Source: Candidatus Altiarchaeota archaeon
GTDB lineage: Archaea > Altiarchaeota > Altiarchaeia > IMC4 > SCGC-AAA252-I15
Length of the DNA: 64,000 bases
Reading direction: 5' to 3'
Assembly: GCA_043800705.1 (NCBI GenBank)
Contig: JAZDMS010000040.1
Location: forward strand, 1-64,000
The position numbers were made by a program, and so were the translations under genes. Under the pieces are notes generated by a model. It had not been told where the DNA came from, did no database searches, and was given only the letters and a program-made list of their open reading frames with translations. How positions within the stretch are numbered: the first letter of the stretch is position 1; each line of letters starts with the position of its first letter. Below are positions 59,528 to 64,000 of the stretch, piece by piece.

Positions 59528-61003
59528 ATGCTTCTGGAGGTCACGGCATTCGTCTGTGGGATGGCTATCATGGTCATCGAGCTGCTCGGAGCAAGGATGA
59601 TTTCCCCGTTTTTCGGCAATTCCTTCTACATATGGACCGGCGTCATCGGGGTCGTGCTTGTATCAATGACCCTCGGATACTGGCGCGGGGGCATTCTCGC
59701 AGACCGGTCCAAGGGCCTGCGGAGCCTCTCGGAAAAGATCTTCATCGCTGGCGTGACCACCATAATACTGCCTCTGCTCGTCACATTCTTCGGCGGGCTA
59801 GGGTTCTTCTTTGGCATGCAGTGGGGCGCGGTCATAACTTCCGTATTCAGCCTCTCGATCCCGTGCTACTTCCTGGCCATGGTCTCCCCCTATTGTATCC
59901 GTCTCTCACCCAAGGATCATGAGAACATTGGGGCAGTCAGCGGAAGGCTGTATTCCATATCGACCCTTGGCAGCATATTCGGGGTCTTCATGTCCGGGTT
60001 CATACTGCTGCCCTATTTCAAGGTGAGGGTGACCCTCTACATACTCGGCGTAGCACTCGTTCTATTGTCCGTAGGCCTATATCTCAAGGGATCCGCGCAT
60101 TCCAAGCTGGACGTCGCCCAAGTGGCCGTGATGTCGGTGTCGTCGCTGGCATTCATCATCCTCCAACTCGTGTATCTTCCGCCGTTCATCCCCGACCTGC
60201 GCGGCACCAACCAGACGATCCTGAGGACGGACGAGACGAAATACAACTCCATCGCCGTAGTCGAGACGAGCATAGGCTCCGAGAGGTACCGGCTTATGTC
60301 GTTGGGCAGCCTGGTCCAGGGTGGGATAGAGGTCTCCTCGAACACCAGCTACTACCGGTATGCCGACTACCTGGAATACATGTGGGCCGTGAACCCCGAC
60401 ATACACGATGTGCTCATCATGGGCAACGGCGCCGCTGTCCTTGTAGGGAAGATCAGGGCGGAGCACCCGGAAGTCATGGTGGATGTAGTGGACATTGACC
60501 CGGTGGTGTTCGAATACGCTTCCGAGTACTTCGGGGAGCGCGAGGACTCGCACACCCGGTTCATCGTCGATGACGCCAGGATGTACCTCAAGGGCACGAA
60601 TAAGAAATACGACCTCATAGTCATGGACATATTTGGCGCCACCCATGTCATCCCGTTCCACATAGCCACGGTCGAGATGCTGGACAGCGTATCCAGCCAC
60701 CTGAATCCGAAGGGGGCCTATTTCCTGAACCTCGTGTCGAGCATCGAAGGGCCGAGGTCCATCCTGTTCAAGAGCGAGTTGAAAACATTCGGGGAGGTAT
60801 TCCCCCAGAACTATGTCGTGCAGGTGAAGGGGAAGGACGCGGTCGACACGGTCCTGCTCATATCCGGGGGACAGGACTATCCCGGGGAGCGGCTGAGATC
60901 GATCGACAACCTGACCGGCCGGCTGTTCGAGTCATCCCACTATGACCTTTCCGATGGCATTATACTGACGGACGAATACGCCCCTGTTGAAGCGATGCTC
61001 TAG
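59528..61003 (+). CDS. Fused membrane domain / spermidine synthase-like methyltransferase
   Basis: MVIELLGARM.SP.FG, GRLYSISTLGSIFG, VDIDP.V, DAR.YL, YDLIVMD, ILTDEYAPVE. Confidence 0.88.
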   Translation: MLLEVTAFVCGMAIMVIELLGARMISPFFGNSFYIWTGVIGVVLVSMTLGYWRGGILADRSKGLRSLSEKIFIAGVTTIILPLLVTFFGGLGFFFGMQWGAVITSVFSLSIPCYFLAMVSPYCIRLSPKDHENIGAVSGRLYSISTLGSIFGVFMSGFILLPYFKVRVTLYILGVALVLLSVGLYLKGSAHSKLDVAQVAVMSVSSLAFIILQLVYLPPFIPDLRGTNQTILRTDETKYNSIAVVETSIGSERYRLMSLGSLVQGGIEVSSNTSYYRYADYLEYMWAVNPDIHDVLIMGNGAAVLVGKIRAEHPEVMVDVVDIDPVVFEYASEYFGEREDSHTRFIVDDARMYLKGTNKKYDLIVMDIFGATHVIPFHIATVEMLDSVSSHLNPKGAYFLNLVSSIEGPRSILFKSELKTFGEVFPQNYVVQVKGKDAVDTVLLISGGQDYPGERLRSIDNLTGRLFESSHYDLSDGIILTDEYAPVEAML

Positions 61004-62385
61004 TACGTCTTGGCAACGTGGATTCCGTGCCCCTTCTTCCCGCAGACGACGCAGGTCCCGTCATCTTCGGAGACAGACAGTATCGTCCCCTCCTCCTCTA
61101 TCGGTTTTGCGCATTCTTTGTTCCCGCACCAGCCGACCTTGACTATCCCCCCCCCGACTAGGTCCTTGAACTTCGGCAGCGTGTCGGCCTCGCAGATCCT
61201 CTCGTCAAATCTCTTCTGCGCCTTGGACCGCATGTTGGACTCTATGTCCGAGAACACGGCCTGCAGGTCGAGATCCTTCACTGGAACGCCTCTCTTTTCG
61301 CCAGTGTCCCTTCTTACAAGCATCACCTTGCCTTCTTTGATGTCCCTGGGGCCGACCTCGATACGAAGAGGGACGCCTTTCTGCTCCCACTTGAAGAATT
61401 TTGCTCCCGGGCGCTCATCGCCTGCGTCGACCTTGACCCTGTAACCCCCCGACTTCAGCGTTTTCTCAAGCTCTTCGACGTGGGCCATGACATCGGCCTT
61501 GTCGGCGTCCTTGAACACTATCGGTATTATCACCGCCTGTACCGGCGCGACCCTTGGGGGCAGTATCATCCCCTTTTCGTCCCCGTGGACCGAAACGACT
61601 GCGGCAAGGAGCCTGCCGAATCCGGGCCCGTATGACGTCTGCCAGACGTGCTTTTTCTGCCCCTTCTCGTCGTCATACTCTATCCCGAAGACCTTGCTGA
61701 AGTGCTGGCCGAGGTTGTGGACAGTCGCGACCTGCAGCGTCCTTCCGTCCGGCATCATCGTGTCGAAAGCGACCGTGAACTCGGCTCCCGGGAACTTGTC
61801 CCAGTCGGGCCTCTGGTTCACCATGACCGGCAGGCACAGTAGGCCGTTTATCATCTGGCTATATATGCCCTTAACGGTCTTCACGTTCTCCAGGGCCTCC
61901 TGCCTCGTCGCGAAGGCGGTGTGGCCCTCGTTCCAGTAGAATTCCCTGCTTCTGATGAGCGGCCTCGTCTGCTTCGTCTCGCAGCGGTAGACCGTCACCG
62001 TCTGGTGGACCTTTATCGGCAGGTCTTGGTGGGTCCTGGTCCATAGGGCGAACATCGGATACATGCACGTCTCGCTCGTCGGGCGCAGGGCAAGCCTCCG
62101 CTCCAGCGGCGTCTTCCCGCCGTGGGTGACCCAGTAGACCTGGTCCTCGAAGCCTGCTATGTGTTCTGCCTCCTTCATGAGGAGGTTCTCGGGTATAAGC
62201 AAGGGGAACAGTGTCGGTTCGTGGCCGTCCTTCTCGAGTTCGGCCTCAAGGAACCTTGACATCTCCCTAATGATCCGCATCCCGTCGCCGCGGTAGACGA
62301 GCATCCCCTTGACGTCGTATCTGTCGTCGACGAGTTTGTTCTCCGAGAGCATCCGCCGGTACCATTCCCCAAAATCCTCTTCCAT
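61000..62385 (-). CDS. proS: Proline--tRNA ligase (archaeal/eukaryotic type)
   Basis: LRPTSET, TRPLIR.REF.W.EGHT, HNLGQHFS, GVPLRIEVGPRD, C-terminal Zn domain ending AKTY. Confidence 0.96.
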   Translation of the reverse strand: MEEDFGEWYRRMLSENKLVDDRYDVKGMLVYRGDGMRIIREMSRFLEAELEKDGHEPTLFPLLIPENLLMKEAEHIAGFEDQVYWVTHGGKTPLERRLALRPTSETCMYPMFALWTRTHQDLPIKVHQTVTVYRCETKQTRPLIRSREFYWNEGHTAFATRQEALENVKTVKGIYSQMINGLLCLPVMVNQRPDWDKFPGAEFTVAFDTMMPDGRTLQVATVHNLGQHFSKVFGIEYDDEKGQKKHVWQTSYGPGFGRLLAAVVSVHGDEKGMILPPRVAPVQAVIIPIVFKDADKADVMAHVEELEKTLKSGGYRVKVDAGDERPGAKFFKWEQKGVPLRIEVGPRDIKEGKVMLVRRDTGEKRGVPVKDLDLQAVFSDIESNMRSKAQKRFDERICEADTLPKFKDLVGGGIVKVGWCGNKECAKPIEEEGTILSVSEDDGTCVVCGKKGHGIHVAKTY

Positions 62386-62489
62386 TACAAGGAGATATTA
62401 GAACCTGTGCGATAAAAACAAGCGGACGGCCCGCCTGCATGCACTCCTTTCCAGCCTTTAAATACCGTCGCGTGGATAGTTTATATCCT

Positions 62490-63479
62490 ATGGATATCCG
62501 GCAGCTCATGAAGGAGAAATCGTCCGCGGTCGAACCCTATCTGCGGGAATATGCGAAGATGGGGGACAGCAAGATCCAGGAGATGATCCTCCACCCGATC
62601 GAAGCCGGCGGAAAACGCATACGGCCCTTCCTGACCCTCTTGGCATGCGAGGCCGTAGGCGGCGACCCTAAACTGGCGCTCCCCGCAGCGGCGTCGGTGG
62701 AGCTTCTGCACACGTTCACCCTCGTACACGACGACCTCATGGACCACGACCTTGAACGTCGCGGGAGGCCTACCGTCCACAGCATATGGGGGGAGGAGAT
62801 GGGCATCATAGTCGGCGACACACTCTATTCAAGCTCGTTCAAGGCTCTGGTCGACACGCGGAAGAAGGGCGTGCCTGCCGACAGGGTGCTCGATGCCGTC
62901 GACGTCCTGGTAGCGGCTAACGGAGACCTTCAGGAGGGGCAGATCATGGACATGCTCTTCGAAGACAGGGGGACCGTCGGCGAGGACGAATACATGGAGA
63001 TGGTGCGCAAGAAGACCGGAGTCCTCATAGAGGCCGCTGTCAAGATCGGCTGCATAGTCGGCGGCGGCTCGCCCACGGAGCTTCAGGCCCTTTCGGTATA
63101 TGGAAACAACATCGGCGTCTCGTTCCAGATAAAGGACGACGTACTCGACCTCACGGCAAACCAGAAGGAGCTTGGCAAGCCTATCGGCTCGGACATCAGG
63201 AAAGGCAAGAAGACCCTGGTAATCGTCCACGCCCTGGAGCATGGGGGGCGGAAAGACAAAAAAACCATCCTAAAGACGCTCGGCAAGGAGAAAGCGAAGG
63301 CCGCCGACGTGAAGAAGGTCATAGAGGCCCTTAAGAGGACCGGCTCCATCGACTACGCAGAGCGGAAGGTCCAGGAGCTTATAGACGAGTCGAAGAATGC
63401 CCTGAACGTATTGCCGGACTCCGAGGCAAGGAAGGCGCTTGCCCTGCTCGCGGACTATCTCATCGAAAGGAGGATGTAA
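62490..63479 (+). CDS. idsA: Geranylgeranyl diphosphate synthase
   Basis: GGKRIRP, FTLVHDDLMD, RRGRPT, GQ.MD, KKTG, FQIKDDVLD, GSDI.KGK.T. Confidence 0.93.
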   Translation: MDIRQLMKEKSSAVEPYLREYAKMGDSKIQEMILHPIEAGGKRIRPFLTLLACEAVGGDPKLALPAAASVELLHTFTLVHDDLMDHDLERRGRPTVHSIWGEEMGIIVGDTLYSSSFKALVDTRKKGVPADRVLDAVDVLVAANGDLQEGQIMDMLFEDRGTVGEDEYMEMVRKKTGVLIEAAVKIGCIVGGGSPTELQALSVYGNNIGVSFQIKDDVLDLTANQKELGKPIGSDIRKGKKTLVIVHALEHGGRKDKKTILKTLGKEKAKAADVKKVIEALKRTGSIDYAERKVQELIDESKNALNVLPDSEARKALALLADYLIERRM

Positions 63480-64000
63480 TGATGAAGGCACGAAAGACCG
63501 ATCACCTCAGGATCTCGGCAAAGGAGGACGTGGAAGCCGGCGACAGCGGACTTGGGCGGATACGCCTCCAGCACAAGGCGTCGCCTCAGATGAGGTTCGC
63601 CGACGTCGACACGACGGTCAGGTTCCTCGGGAAAGACATGGCATTCCCCCTCATATTCGAAGCGATAACGGGCGGCACCCCCGAAGCCGGAAAGATCAAC
63701 AGGACGCTCGCGAAAGTCGCCCAAAAACACGGCCTCGGGATGGGAGTCGGCAGCCAGAGGGCTGCGATAGAGGATCCGAAGCTCGCATCGACGTACCAGG
63801 TGCGCGAGCTGGCCCCCGACATACTCCTCCTAGGCAACCTGGGAGCAGTCCAACTCAACTACGGCTACGGCCTGGAGGAATGCAAGGCCGCCGTCGAAAT
63901 GCTTCAGGCAGACGCGCTCGCCCTCCACCTGAATCCCCTGCAGGAGGCGGTGCAGCCCGAAGGCGACACCGACTTCCGGGGCATCATAGGGAAGATCAAC
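63479..64000 (+). CDS. fni: Type 2 isopentenyl-diphosphate isomerase (partial, runs off window)
   Basis: TAATG overlap with idsA; RK.DHL, ITGG, GVGSQRAA, GNLGAVQL, HLNPLQEAVQPEGD. Confidence 0.94.
   Translation, partial: MMKARKTDHLRISAKEDVEAGDSGLGRIRLQHKASPQMRFADVDTTVRFLGKDMAFPLIFEAITGGTPEAGKINRTLAKVAQKHGLGMGVGSQRAAIEDPKLASTYQVRELAPDILLLGNLGAVQLNYGYGLEECKAAVEMLQADALALHLNPLQEAVQPEGDTDFRGIIGKIN

Overview
Archaeal chromosomal segment. Archaeal markers include Nop5, Sec61beta, archaeal-type ProRS, SepCysS, TrmI, GGPP synthase + type-2 IDI, FtsZ, a C1:G72 tRNA-Tyr with a BHB intron and a long SRP RNA. Gene content and the many Cys/Thr-rich surface proteins suggest a GC-rich DPANN/Altiarchaeota-like lineage (inference only). 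Core genes (gdhA, hppA, P-type ATPase, thiM/E/L, guaA, apgM, glycogen cluster, hsp20, proS, idsA, fni) alternate with orphan and envelope genes. No integrase, transposase, reverse transcriptase, cas gene or CRISPR array is recognisable. The most striking unexplained pattern is a set of short, diverged duplicates of core-gene termini: guaA 3' end (twice), thiL 5' end, PAC2-family 3' end, GH57 5' end and the SRP RNA Alu domain. Each sits at the border of inserted cargo genes or small palindromic elements, and the two cleanest coding cases differ only at synonymous sites. Also notable: an SRP RNA that appears to lack helix 6, several families of small hairpin/heptamer elements, a 1393-aa protein with two kinase-like modules, and a SepCysSn-like/SepCysS pair.
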